Assembly (NCBI RefSeq): GCF_037042905.1 | Contig: NC_087252.1 | Span: 7,876,001 to 7,940,000, forward strand | DNA from: Lytechinus pictus | Taxonomy: Eukaryota | Direction of reading: 5' to 3' | DNA: 64,000 bases | Shown here: piece by piece, positions 1 through 13,000 of the stretch | How the letters are laid out: every line of letters starts with the position of its first letter | How positions within the stretch are numbered: the first letter of the stretch is position 1 | The notes under the pieces: model-generated | Databases searched by the model: none | What the model was told of the DNA's origin: nothing | The model's input: only the letters and a program-made list of their open reading frames with translations | Program-made: the position numbers and the translations under genes

Positions 1-412
1 GTTCCCCATTGTAGTAAGTAATGGGAGGATAAGTCGCAAAAGGCACAGCAGAATTCTTGCTAAAAGATTGCTCTCATACATTTGTTATGTTGCCTCTGGA
101 GTCCATTAGCTTGTGATACAAATGTTCACATGTGAAAACTCAAGTTGGACAGTCAATATTTTTAGAAGTATGGTTGGTTTCCGATTCTATTGCTTTTAAC
201 TTTCAAAATTCCCTAGTATCTCAAGTCTGGAATAATTTTCTTGGTATTGCATCGCTATTGCTCCACATTTTTTAAAGACTGGATTTCTAGGACTGTTCAG
301 AACGTAGTTGAAAACTTTTCTCTTTATGACCCCCAAAAGCTAATCAATTTTGGCAAGCAATATTACTCACTACAAGTACTATCAAACAAATGACCTAATT
401 GGAAGACTTAAA

Positions 413-810
413 AGCCCCCATCACACTTATTCGTAATCAGCAGGAATCAAGCAGAAGCTGGAACGAAAAAAATATTCAAAAAATCTATAAATTTTTGGGA
501 GGAACTTATGAATTCACCAAACTGGAGTTGAAATTCAGTAAATTGACCAGGTGAATCATCATACACTAGTCAAAATGAACTGCGATGGAGTCGGATTGAT
601 AATTCGTGCTACATTCTTGGACATTCTAGGCGCATTCTTAATATTCTGACATTTCTTTTGGCCGTCCCGAAGGTTTTGATCATGTTCGAAACATTCGAGG
701 GGTATTTTCGAACGGTGTTTTAAGTAGATTTAAATGACCAACTGGTGGTCGAGCAGTAGTCTTTTCATTCCGGCCAATTCTGCTTGATTCGGTATAAGTG
801 TGATGGGGCC
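413..810. mobile_element. PIF/Harbinger-like MITE
   Basis: Imperfect terminal inverted repeats: left AGCCCCCATCACACTTATTCGTAATCAGCAGGAAT, right ATTCTGCTTGATTCGGTATAAGTGTGATGGGGCC; T/A-rich flanks (TTA on the right); no ORF. Confidence 0.7.
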
Positions 811-939
811 TTAACCCCAGCCCCATAACACAATGCTCAGTTGATAGTGGGGCTGGTTTTTGTGCTTGATTTCATTGACCATTATGTGCAGTCAAGCATT
901 GAAATCAACTTTGTTATCAATCACTTTTCTTAGTGTTAT

Positions 940-1122
940 GGTGGGTCTTTCATGTAGCCGTTCGTAAGGGTTATGAACAACTTTACCAATGACTGGTGAC
1001 CCTTTCTTGAGCTACATGATACATGTATATCCCTATTTAATTGACTTACCACCTGAAAATATGTTCCAGTTGTTTGTTTGAAGTCTTTCGTAACTTTACA
1101 AACGTTTATGAAACACCCACCA
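940..1122. mobile_element. Degenerate MITE
   Basis: GGTGGGTCTTTCATGTAGCCGTTCGTAAG at the left is an imperfect inverted match to CTTTACAAACGTTTATGAAACACCCACC at the right. Confidence 0.5.
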
Positions 1123-1597
1123 GGATTTTTTTAGATTCAACACATTTTTTGTGACCCAAGACATACATGTAAGGATGACTACAAGTATTTCCAAGAAAGA
1201 ATTTGATAAGAAATTGCTTTTCTTTGTAACTCACTGTGTATATTGCATTCCACCTTCACTATCTTGTTTATTTCTCTGAAAGTGTAAATAGATTCCTCTC
1301 TATTCTTTATTAAATCAACTTTTCTTTTCGGTTTTGCTTGCTCTATTATGTTTCACCCTCATTTCAGTATCTTCATTTCTTTCTAAATATCCCAAAATGG
1401 CAACATCAAAACATGTACTGTTTTAGATCACTATAAGCAGACTAGCAGTTGTTGTTTGTTAACACATAATAATTGACAACAACCCAAACAAATGCAATGG
1501 ATACACACAAATGATGCAGTCACACAAGTGAAATTGACTCCAGACCGACTGAATCCATCACATTATTGCCAAAGGCATACCATCGGTCGGTATGGAG

Positions 1598-1989
1598 AGT
1601 AAATTGCCAATTCGTCTATTGCCACCTCGTCCACTCATCACATGGTCTACCTTCATTTAGTCTAATTCCATTCCATCCAAAACATTTTGTCTAACAACTA
1701 TTTGGTCCAAGAATCATTTTGTCTAATGACCAGTTGATCTACGACCATTTTGTCTCCTGATCAGTTGGTCTAATAACCACTTTCTTTTCATTCATTTCAC
1801 CCAGTCAACACTTAAACCAAATGGTATATAGACTAAATGGCTATTGGACCAACTGGTTAGTAGATGAAATGGTGAGTGGACAAAATGGCAATTAGACCAT
1901 GTGGATAGTAGACAACTGATGGTAGACCAAATGATAGTAGATGAGTTGGTAATTGGACGAATTAGCATTAGACAACTTGAAAGTAATCA
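1598..1989. mobile_element. Foldback-type non-autonomous element built of ~16-bp units, nested in an older MITE
   Basis: Left half has repeated CCATTTGGTCTAA-like units, right half has the complementary TAGACCAAATGG-like units. Flanked by a direct repeat TATGGAG (1591-1597 and 1990-1996). Confidence 0.7.
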
Positions 1990-2252
1990 TATGGAGTTGG
2001 TTTTGTTTGTAAGACTGTAGCATTTGAAATGTTTCATTGCTTTCTTAATTTCATTCTTATCTACTATTTCTTTGACTTTAAATTATGTGTTTTTTAATGT
2101 GTCTTAAGTGGAAGGAGCCCTCCAATGTTTTTGTATTAAAGTTAATTATTCCTTCTATTGTAAGTAAGAGTGTCTGTGTGGGTTTGTTATAGACTAAGGG
2201 GGCAGTCACATATCACCGGTTTAGATTGGGTTCATGATAGTTTGCAGATCAG

Positions 2253-2412
2253 GGCACCATAAAACAAAGCTAAGTGATGAATAGCAAACATGAAAGAACA
2301 CTTCTGATTGGTTCCTGGTCAGATTTTGAACCAAATGCGCATGTAACATTGATATTGATTGATTTAGCGAGTCCATTTAGCGATTGATCGCTAATCTTTA
2401 TGTTACAGAGCC
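2253..2412. mobile_element. Short Harbinger-like MITE
   Basis: CAG|GGCACCATAAAACAAAG ... CTTTATGTTACAGAGCC|CTG: imperfect TIRs with CWG flanks. Confidence 0.55.
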
Positions 2413-2415
2413 CTG

Positions 2416-2685
2416 GCCCCCCATCTTGCAAAGAGTTACGATTGTTTCGATCAACCACAATTATGGAAAGCCAGCAACGTCAACATCTAAAATGCAAATT
2501 TGTTCAAAATATTTTCTAGATATGATGTATATTAATACGTTCATTCTCTTGCAGATTCAGGGTGATTCTCTTTATTCACTAAGGAGATTGTGCAAATTTC
2601 CTGTTGAAAAAAAATTATGGTATGGATGGATTTCCATGAAGTTGAGATTGATTGGATCAATCGTAGCTCTTTGTAAGACGAGGCC
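2416..2685. mobile_element. Harbinger-like MITE family A, copy 1
   Basis: TIRs GCCCCCCATCTTGCAAAGAGTTACGATTG / CAATCGTAGCTCTTTGTAAGACGAGGCC; homologous over its length to 2706-2969 and 50111-50388. Confidence 0.8.
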
Positions 2686-2705
2686 CAGGCCGCAAAATTA
2701 TTTTC

Positions 2706-2969
2706 CACCCCAATATTACAAAGAGTTCTGATTGATCCAGTCAACCACGACTATTGAAAGCCAGCAACATTGACATCTAACATGAATGTTTGTTCAAAAT
2801 ATTTTCTAGATATGGTGTATATTCATACATTCATAGGTCTATTGGCAATTCAGTGTGCTTCTCTTTGTTCACAAAAGACAGTGTACAAAGTGAAGAAAAA
2901 TTCTGACATTGCTAGGTTTCCATATAGTTGGGGTTGATCGGATCAATCATAACTTTGTAAGACGGGACC
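2706..2969. mobile_element. Harbinger-like MITE family A, copy 2
   Basis: Shares GAAAGCCAGCAAC, TTTGTTCAAAATATTTTCTAGATATG and the right TIR CTTTGTAAGACGGGACC with copies 1 and 3. Confidence 0.75.
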
Positions 2970-2986
2970 CAGAACTTCTAGCTATA

Positions 2987-3297
2987 GGCCCGTATTCTGA
3001 AGTCGGGTTTAACTTAGACTCAGGTTTAAAGTTGTGGTTTAAGTATGGACAGCCAATTGTTACATAATTACTAACAGTAGAGATATCATACTTTCAGCTC
3101 ATTCGGCTCTCAAATCATTCATAATTGTGTAGGAAGTATAAATAGATGATTGTCTTCACCATCGATGAATCCGGAAAGAGCACAGTAAACATAAGAAACA
3201 TACAACTTAATAAAAATTTTGGTACTTTTGGCTTCCCATACTTAAACCACAACTTTAAACCTGAGTCTAAGTTAAACCCGACTTCAGAATACGGGCC
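2987..3297. mobile_element. Young Harbinger-like MITE with ~60-bp near-perfect TIRs
   Basis: GGCCCGTATTCTGAAGTCGGGTTTAACTTAGACTCAGGTTTAAAGTTGTGGTTTAAGTATGG is mirrored at the right end; 3-bp direct repeat ATA on both sides. Confidence 0.9.
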
Positions 3298-3319
3298 ATA
3301 GAGTTTGGTCAATTATCTA

Positions 3320-3500
3320 TTTGGAGGAAGAGACAGAAATAGAGAGGGTGGGAGAGAAAAAAAAAGTGTGAGAGAGAGGGAAGGAGGGAGAAATGAAGGG
3401 AGAGAAAGAAAAAAAAGAGAGTGGGGAGGGAGAGAAGAAGAAAGAAGAATGGAAGGGAGAGAGCAAAAGAAAGCTAGAGAGAGAGGGGGAGATGGGATAA
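3320..3500. repeat. GA-rich low-complexity tract
   Basis: Nearly pure purine sequence. Confidence 0.85.
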
Positions 3501-4361
3501 TACAAATTGTGTAGGGGAGTGAGAAGGGGGTTAGGGTGCTATGAACTATTAACAGATGGCTTGGTATCAAAGTTGATGTCTTTCATCACTCCCGATACAA
3601 AGAACTATGAATCACCTTTACTCATAACACACTTGTCAGAATACAATATGTTAAACTAAAATATTTTCCTGGAGGGAACTTTGATTATATTTTACCAGAG
3701 TCTTTATGACAGAATGTGCTAGCATGGGTTCTCATTTTTTAACTTGAACTTTCTTTGATAGTAATAATTATTTTAAAAACAAATCATAGCTCTTGTATCA
3801 GCTAGGATATGTAGGAGGGGCTTACGATCACAATTTGATGTTTATTTCAACGTTTTTGCACATGGTTAAAAAATAGGTAGTGGGGGCAATATAAAGCCCC
3901 CACCACCCCCGGTACCACGGCCTTTGTGAAGGAGAGACAGATCATCTAGTCTCGGACGAAATTATATTCGTGATGTCAACTAACAAAGACCGTCTGGTCA
4001 TCAGATAATTTACTTACGACACAGTCACACAAACGGAACCGATTGTCGCCCGATCAAAACTGTTACGATATTACCAATGACACACCGATCGATCGGTTTG
4101 GATTCGGCTTCGCTGATATGACTGTTGCATTAGTCAGTGGCGATCGAGGGGTCCAGGAAATGAGCGCCTTCATGATATCCGGTACCCCAGACCTATCCCG
4201 AGGGACAAAACCTTAATTCCCTAGGTAGTATCGGAATACCGTTGGGAATTAGATGTCCCATGGCTCCCATACACCGATCGAGTTAGACGGGGTGGGGGGG
4301 GGGGGGGTCAGTTTTTTTTCTTTACTTGAAACATATAATTCTCCCGTAATTAATATGTGTG

Positions 4362-4580
4362 AATCATCATCATTATTATTACCATTATCAGCAAAAGCAT
4401 TATCACCGTCATCATCACCACCATCAACATCATCATCATCGCCACCTTGCCCACCTACATAATCATCTTCATCGTCACCGCCATCATCATCGTTATCATC
4501 ATCAGTAATATCACCATCTTCATCATTATCATAATTACTATCATTATCATCAGCATATTCATCCTAATCATCATCATTCG
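4362..4580. repeat. Degenerate (CAT)n microsatellite
   Basis: Visible CAT/CAC/TAT triplets. Confidence 0.85.
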
Positions 4581-5770
4581 GCTCAAACTAAAATAATTAT
4601 TCCAGTAAATAAATTCAAAATAAAAAATGTTATTAAAAAAAATATCTAATTTCTTTTCTTCCTACCAATATCAATTGAGACAAACGCCCTCTATTGCCGT
4701 GAAAAAGGCCTGAGGATATTCCTTTTTGAGAATAACGGAACACAAATAAACATAATTATACACTTCAGAACGTAAAATGACGTACGTTGTACATCGCTTA
4801 TTTTCAAATCTCTGAATATTGAGAATAAAACAACAGGATCAGACCTTTTTTTCTCTTTCGTCTGACAACAATTTCATAAGTTTCCAAAACTGAAGCAACT
4901 TTAATTATTGCATATTTGGTTTTCTCAAATAAAATAAAAATAAAACATTTTCTTCTTTGATAATCTACGGTATAAGGCCAAATTTACCATGATTGAACTC
5001 CTTATGAAAGCCTGAAAAATTTTCCTCCAAACTTGACCATTATTCAGCTTATACCTTTCGAATGTGACTGCACTAGTTTATAATAAGATTTTAGATCTGG
5101 CCTCGCAGTGGCCACGGGCAAAAAGTGGGTTATGACATTTTCCAAACAAATATAGCTTAGCAAAGTCAGCGTTATTTAGAAAACAAGGTGAAAAGGGAAT
5201 GGCTCCTAAAATACTACTTCTTACATCTTTTATAGAATGCAACAATCGTTCATAGCAACTCATAATGACGTTGGCATGCATTCACAGCCAATTGTTTTGA
5301 AAAAAAAGAAGAAGTTATTTTTCACAACATTTTCCTTGTATTTTTATGTAAATTGATTGATAAGAAAAATTGTCTTAAGGCCTATAATTTTTGTGGTACT
5401 ATAAATATTCCATGTATTTTCTATTGTGTTCTGAGCGCAAAAATATATTTTAATCAAACAAGCAACAACAAAAAACAGTCTATTCATTTCTCCCTTTCCC
5501 GGGCTCGGTCAATGACCTTTGATATCTGTCCAAACCCGAGAGAGTCACGTGACGTATGACATCATATCACCATTTCCCTTTTCTCTCTAAATGAACGTGA
5601 GACAGGATAAAGAGGAAAGGAGGAATCATCTCCAATATTAATCATCTGGTCTGAGTCCAAAATTGGCGAGCAAAGCCAATTTATATTCCGGTTCTTTCGA
5701 GAAAAACTCAGGTGTTATGCTTTTGTCACTTGTCATTTTCGAGGTGAGTCGAAGCAGGTATTTGCAGTGA

Positions 5771-5952
5771 TTAAAGGGGTACTCTAGGTTGAAAATAATA
5801 TGCTTTGAGCAGATAAAATCAAATGAGACAAACAAACACTGAAAATTTCATCAAAATTGCCAAGGAACAACAAAGATATGACATTGAAACTTTGCATAAT
5901 TTCGGCAAAACATTTCTAGGCATGTCCTCATGAATAGGTATTTTGCATATGG
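5771..5952. mobile_element. TTAA-flanked (Kolobok-like) non-autonomous element, left part
   Basis: Starts TTAAAGGGGTACTCTAGGTTGAAAAT; shares CTGAAAATTTCATCAAAAT with 8699-9200. Confidence 0.55.
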
Positions 5953-5960
5953 ATATATCC

Positions 5961-6219
5961 CACTGGCGGATCCAAGGGGGGGGGGGGGCACAGCCGTCCT
6001 GTGCCCCCTCCCCTTTGAGAGGCACAATTAAAATTTGTAATGTAAACATTTCGTCAAAATAGAAGTGTGCACCCCTTTTGAAAGCGAAGACTCTCAAAAT
6101 TGTCATTTTTTTTCGTGGATGAAATACGATTTTTTTTTTGGTTAAAACCCTTTTTTCCTTGTCAAAATTTCCTCGGGAAAATGTGCCCTTCCTTTCGAAA
6201 AATCCTGGATCCGCCCCTA
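5961..6219. mobile_element. hAT-like MITE
   Basis: Ends CACTGGCGGATCCA ... TGGATCCGCCCCTA with poly-G; 8-bp flanking repeat ATATATCC/ATATATTC (one mismatch). Confidence 0.7.
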
Positions 6220-7289
6220 ATATATTCAGTGATTTTTTATCAAAATAAGTTTGGCAAAAAAACCACACATTTTAGATCTGATTTTCCTGATAAATTGACT
6301 GTAATCGCAGACTACGATACCTTGTTTACTCGCTGCCAAAAAAAAGAAATAAAAAATGAACCCAGACAACGATACAATCCAAAGATGAGAGAGATAAAAG
6401 AGCGAGAGATAAAATCCATTTTAAAACCCTGAAAAGGAGTCAAAATTTTACAACTCTACTTTCAAAGGATTCTCATCCATTAAACTATGTCATCTCTTTT
6501 GAATTTTTGAAAAAAATACGACACAAATATTTGAGGAGAGTTTGTGGGTATTTTGTGCGAACAACAATGCGAACGAGGGAGGGATTTTCATAACAAAACG
6601 ATGCACAAAACGAGAAACTTTTGTGCCTCGACTTTTCGTAACAAAGAAAATCTGGGATCCTAATAAAAAACGATGCTCCCATTGTCCATTTGCAGGTGTT
6701 CCTATAGATTGCAAATAAAAGATGAAATACTGAACGATTTTACCTTTGAAGGAGATGATTTAGTTTGATATGTACCATTAATTATGTTTTTATTTGTAGG
6801 TTGTTGGTGTAGAGGGTCAATAACCTAGTCAACGAGCCTTCACTTACATCGGCCTAAAAGTTGATTGCATGCTAACCATGGTACAAGCGTTGTTGCGTTA
6901 GAGACGGATTGTTAACATACATGGTTTTATAAACTATGTAAAGTGTTTCGTAACTATATAAACGAAAGCAGTGTTGCGATATGTAAGCACAATATCACCA
7001 AAACGCACATATATCTGCACCAAAATGAACAAAAATGTGGGTTTTTTTGTTCATCCCTCCCAAAGCGGTTCTACGATCAAGAAAAATCAGAAAGGGGAGA
7101 ACATAAAAGAAACTGGAAGGAAGACATAGTGAATGACACCATTTTCTGAGTATTATGTAAAAATCTATCGCAAAATTAGATTTACAATTTACATAGCTGA
7201 ACGTTTTCGCTGGCATTTGACTTTTTAATATAAATTACATTTTTCAAATACCCCATGTTTGGATTCATTACACCAATGCTCTCCATTTC

Positions 7290-7965
7290 CTTGCATCATT
7301 CACCATCACCATCACCACCACAAACAATACCATTACCACCATCACATCACCATTTGCACATCGCCACCACCACCACTACCACCATCAACACTATAATCAT
7401 CACTACTAACACTATCACCACCAGCACCATTACCACAACCATCACCACCACCACCACTACAATCATCACTACCGCAACCACCACCACCACAAGTACCACC
7501 ACTACCATCAACACCACCACCACTACCACCGCCACCACCACAAACATCACTACTACAACCACCACCGCCACTAACAGCACCATTAGCATCGCCATGTGCA
7601 CATCACCACCACCACCCTCACCATCATTACACCACCACCAGCATCCTCACCACAACCACCGCCGCCGCCAGGCATCATCATCATCACCACCATCATCATC
7701 ATCACCACCACTACCACCACCACCATCATCATCACCACCACCACCAGCATCCTCACCACAACCACCGCCGCCGCCAGGCATCATCACCATCACCACCATC
7801 ATCATCATCATCATCACCACCACTACCACCACCACCATCATCATCACCACCACCACCAGCATCATTACCACAACCACCGCCACCACCGCCATCATCATCA
7901 TCATTATCATCATCACCACCACTACCACCACCACCATATTAACGCCACCACTAGTACCATCAACA
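7290..7965. repeat. Long compound (CAC/CAT)n trinucleotide repeat with internal duplication
   Basis: ~670 bp of CAC/CAT/TAC triplets; GCATCCTCACCACAACCACCGCCGCCGCCAGGCATCATCA occurs at 7641 and 7747. Confidence 0.9.
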
Positions 7966-8698
7966 TCACAATCCCACGGCTCCCAAAATTAACTTTTGTA
8001 TTGGAGGGTGAGTGTAACAAAACAAATAAATGTATAGATTTATTGCGTGAGAATATGTTCTATGATATGCTTTTGTTAAAGTCTGAATAACATTTGAAAT
8101 ATTTGTCTATACCATCGCTTGACGGGTTGGATAGTGTGGGTGAATGAAAGATGCTCTGGGTCAACCCAGTTCGTTGGCACGTTTTAATCTGTACTTTTTA
8201 TTAGTTTTCTCCGATTTCTATGATTGATATGCGTGAATAACACGATGGCATTCTTCCAAAAATTCACACAAATTCATCTCAATCACTCAATTTTGATAAA
8301 CTGATTGTTGGTGGAAACCATAGAACAAATAAAGACGACATATCCTATGAATGCACTGCGGGATTTCGTAGTGTCTGATTGATTATAGGCCAAATTATAA
8401 AAATAAAAGTTAGAAAATATTCAAAATACATTTGTCCATATCTGTTATGTCCAAAGCAAATTAAATGATTTCCATTTCGACTTATGAGCCCTTATTATTT
8501 TGGTATACAGGACATGCTGGATGGGACCCCAATCCTGGCCAAAAAAAAATAAATTGCAAGTCCTGAATATGCACGCCTCTGATTCAAGTTGCGTTTAAGT
8601 TGCATTTGAACTTTGAATTTGTTTAACAATGTTAAAAAAACTCCCTTCATTACTGGCCAATAAAAAGGCCGTATATTACTTACACAGTAGGTACTCCA

Positions 8699-9200
8699 TT
8701 AAAGGGATGCTCCGGGCTGAAAATATTTATGTCTAAATAAAAAGAATAAAATTCACAGAGCAAAGTGCTGAAAATTTCATCAAAATCTGATAACAAATAG
8801 CGAAGTTATAGTTTAGTGAAAACAGTTACATGCACGTCGTCATGAATATTCGTTAGCTGAGCTGATGATGTCACATCCCCACTTTCCTTTTTCCTTTGTT
8901 ATTGTATTACATGAAATCATAATTGTTTCAGTTTTTCATACATGTGTGAATGATATTTCTCCCTTGTAATGAAATAAGTTGCAGCAATAAATATCTAATG
9001 CACTTAACCAGTTGTTATTCCAATATTTTTGGTTCTTGAAGGAAAAGAATTGAATAAATCTAATTTCATATAATAAAATACAAAAGAACAAGTGGGGATA
9101 TGACATCAGTTTGTTCATTGAATATTCATGAAGACATGCCGAGAACTATTTCACCGGAATAATGCAAATCTTTAAAATTCCAAAACTTGTTTTATTTTCC
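8699..9200. mobile_element. TTAA-flanked (Kolobok-like) palindromic non-autonomous element, right end missing
   Basis: Starts TTAAAGGGATGCTCCGGGCTGAAAAT; internal inverted match ATGAATATTC...GATGTCACATCCCCACTT with AAGTGGGGATATGACATC...GAATATTCAT; related copies at 5771 and 39877. Confidence 0.6.
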
Positions 9201-10019
9201 TTACAAAATAAACTTGGATCGTGAGAATATCCCCGAACAGACGAGTTTATAATCGTAAGAGTTTAAACTTTCGTCTCTTATATTTGTTGATTTCATTTTG
9301 TATTTGTAAAATTTACACCGTTATCACCATGAAAACAAGTTAAAGACTTCTGTTCAAATTGTTTTTTTTTAGGGGGGGGGGGTCATGTGAATGTAATCGA
9401 TGTTTGTTCAAGAGTTTATGATTTCCTATTCAAAACTTTCTATAAGTGTTTATAAAATGTAAAATAATTGTATTTATCGATTATCTTTTGAAATGATTTC
9501 GAGTGTACCATAAAGAATGTAGTTTTTTATTTATTTTTATAGCAATTTATAGCAATTCCTTCTCAATGAAATTTTCAACGATTATACAAATCGCTCATCC
9601 AGTTGGAAGTATTACGGCCTCCGCTCACACCCGACTATGTAAACACAGTACCCATCAAAACAGCATCTTATCAGTGTGGGTAAGCCTTTTCACACATGAT
9701 TCCATACTCTGTATAAGTAATGCTAGAACCAAAATATACACAAATGCTACTTTAATTTCAAGGAGATACATTTTGATTATATAAATGCAATTTTTTTTCC
9801 ACTTTATCCATTTACATCTGACCTTAATTAACTTTGTTTTCAAAGTCAGAGTTCTTATTTTTCCATTGTCTTAAGATATGATTAAACACTTTGCTATTGA
9901 ATGCGTATGATTCATATTAATTCATTTCTGCTCCATACTTATAACAGGGTGTAATTTAAAAAAAGTATATATTTTCGTTTTGTGAAATCGGGTTCTCGCT
10001 TGAACATCCCTTATACATG

Positions 10020-13000
10020 ATACGTCATTTTAATTTACCATTATTTTGCTCTCTACTGCCCTCTACAGGTGCCTTCGTGGGCTCAAGCAACGGACAATGC
10101 ACATGCTCAAAACTGCGGCTTGCTCACCCTTCAATACACAATAAGCGGACTTCCTTTGCCTCTTCTCTCATCACGCTCGTAGGTTCCTTGAACCGCCTTT
10201 GTGTATCGTGCTTTGTATGTTGTAAGTTCCCTTTCTGTTCGTTTTTGCTTCAGTACCTCTTCTCATTGTATCTGTTCCTGACCGGGACTTGTATTTCAGA
10301 TTTCACTGTTCCTGTTATAGACATTTTAATGTCATCTAAACAAAAAAATGCGTTTTCTGATTTTTCTTTAATATGGCAAATTCGGTAGATACACCATTCA
10401 ATTCAATTAACGATGATGACTTTCTTGACCTGTTTAGACCACCATTAGTAGAAGGTGAATCAAACATAAATCCCTATGTTACTTCCTTTGAAAATCATGT
10501 TACAGACAAATTTAATTCATCGTCACAAGAGTTGAATTATGATTTTGACACTGATAACCAATTTCAAAGTCCATGTTCTGAATACGTCACCCACAACCAG
10601 TTTAATAATGTTGTTAAGGAATTTGATAACTCCTCTTTTTCTCTTATACACCTTAATATTAGGAGCATTAATAAACACTTTGATGAATTACGGTTACTTT
10701 TGAATAATCCCACCATGCAAACATTTTCAGTAGTAGGTTTAACCGAAACATGGCTTTCTCATGATTCAAGCCTTCCATTCGCTCTCGATGGATATGATCT
10801 TTTAGTTAACAACAGACAAAATAGGATGGGTGGGGGCGTTGCGTTATATGTTTCACAATCCTATGATTATGTAGTTCGAGACGAACTTAACAGCATGACT
10901 GATACAATTGAATCTCTTTTTATTGAAATTACTATCCCTAACAGCAAAAACATTACCATAGGTGTTATATACAGGCCTCCGAGTTCGAATATTAAATCAT
11001 TTTTAGATCATCTCTCAGACTTAGTTAAAAATCCAATTTTTGATAATAAAAATTGCTTTATAATGGGCGATTTTAATATTGATTTATTAAAACAAAATAA
11101 TGTCACACAAGATTTTTTGGAAACATTTTTATCCGCTTCTTACTTACCTTTAATATCTAAACCCACACGCATAGTCAATGAATCCGCTTCTCTTATTGAT
11201 AATATTTTCTGTAACGTTCTTCCCCCACCCGATTCCTTCATATTACTCTCTGATATCACTGATCACTTCCCTGTCTCGACTAATTTCTCTTTAAAAGACA
11301 GATTCAATAACATATATAGCCGTCCATTAAAACGAAGAATAACACACGAAAATATAGCTCGTCTGGGTGCTAGTTTAGACGATGTTGATTGGTCTTGTGT
11401 CTTTGATAATAATGACGTAAACTTGTCCTTTGAAAATTTTATGAACATTTTTAATTTACACTTTGACACTCATATTCCAAAACTTAGAGATAAGACATCT
11501 AACTACAAAAAATCACCGAAGCTCCCATGGATTTCCAAATCGCTCTTGCGTTCGATAAATAGGAAGAATAATTTGTATTATAAACATAAAATGAAACGCT
11601 CTGAGCAATCCAAACTTAAATATACTTCTTACAAAAATACATTGACAAAAATTATACGTTTAGAAAAGAAAAGATATTTTACTAACCAGTTACAACTTTA
11701 CAAGCGTGATATGCAAAATACTTGGAAAGTTTTAAAACAAGCAATGAATATATCAAATAACAAATCTAATATTACAAAAATTAGATCTGGCGATGTTATT
11801 TTTGAAGATTCCCACCAAATTTGTAGTATCCTGAATAATCACTTTTCTTCAATTGGGGAAAATCTTGCAAGTAATATTCCTCCCGCAACAAAACACTTTT
11901 CTGAATTTTTAGGCCCACCAAATTCTAGTTCAATGTTTCTCGCTCCAACTTATAATCAGGAGATAATTAATATTGTCTCTGATTTTAGTTCTAAAAAAAG
12001 TACAGGACATGATGACATCAATAATTTTCTTCTTAAGGGGGTAATATCGTCAATTGCGGATCCCCTAACTCATATTTTCAATCTGTCACTTCTTAACGGC
12101 ATTGTCCCCGAGAGCATGACAATTGCAAAAGTCATTCCCTTGTTTAAAAAGGGTGATAAATTAGATGTTAATAATTATCGCCCTATTTCTTTGTTATCTA
12201 CATTGTCGAAAATACTTGAAAAGATTATTTATAAAAGAACTGTAAATTTTTTCAAATCAAATAATATTCTTTCAAATTCCCAATTTGGATTTAGGGAAAA
12301 GCATAGCACCACACATGCTTTATTGAGTTTCATTGAAAAAGCGGCACATTCAATCGATAAATCTTCTCATTTAATTGGTTTGTTCCTGGACTTCTCCAAG
12401 GCCTTCGACACCATTAATCATGATATTTTACTTAACAAATTACATCATTATGGAGTGCGTGGGAAGGCCTTGGAGTGGTTTAGGAGCTACCTCTTGAATA
12501 GGAAGCAATATGTCTTTTTAAATGGTTGCAATTCTCAAATGAAAAAAAATAATTGTGGAGTTCCCCAGGGTAGTATTTTAGGCCCGATTTTGTTTATAGT
12601 TTATATTAATGATTTTTGTAGATCATCAGACGTTCTTTCTTTCATTCTCTTTGCGGACGACTCTAACTTATTTTTTTCACATAAAAATCCTCTTCACCTT
12701 GCTAATATAATCAACTCTGAACTAGAAAATGTTACCGAATGGATAAGAGCAAATAAATTGTCACTAAATCTTCAAAAAACAAAATACATGTTGTTTAGCA
12801 ACTCCATAAATACACTTCCTGTTGATATTATTTTGGATGGAACTCCCTTGGAAAATGTATCCCATATTAAGTTTCCTGGAATAACAGTCGATAATAAGCT
12901 CTCATGGAAATTTCACATAGATAACATATGTAAAACTATTTCACGCAACATTGGTATAATTAACAAGCTTAAATTTTGTTTACCATTATCGTCCCTGCTT

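Noticed and set aside
1598..1989. Short regularly spaced repeats as CRISPR or iterons
   Set aside because: Units are contiguous, degenerate and arranged as inverted arms with a TSD, which indicates a transposon.
7255..8090. ORFs encoding poly-Thr, poly-His, poly-Pro or poly-Val (mucin- or extensin-like)
   Set aside because: They arise from a CAC/CAT microsatellite that is stop-poor in several frames on both strands; no splice or domain support.
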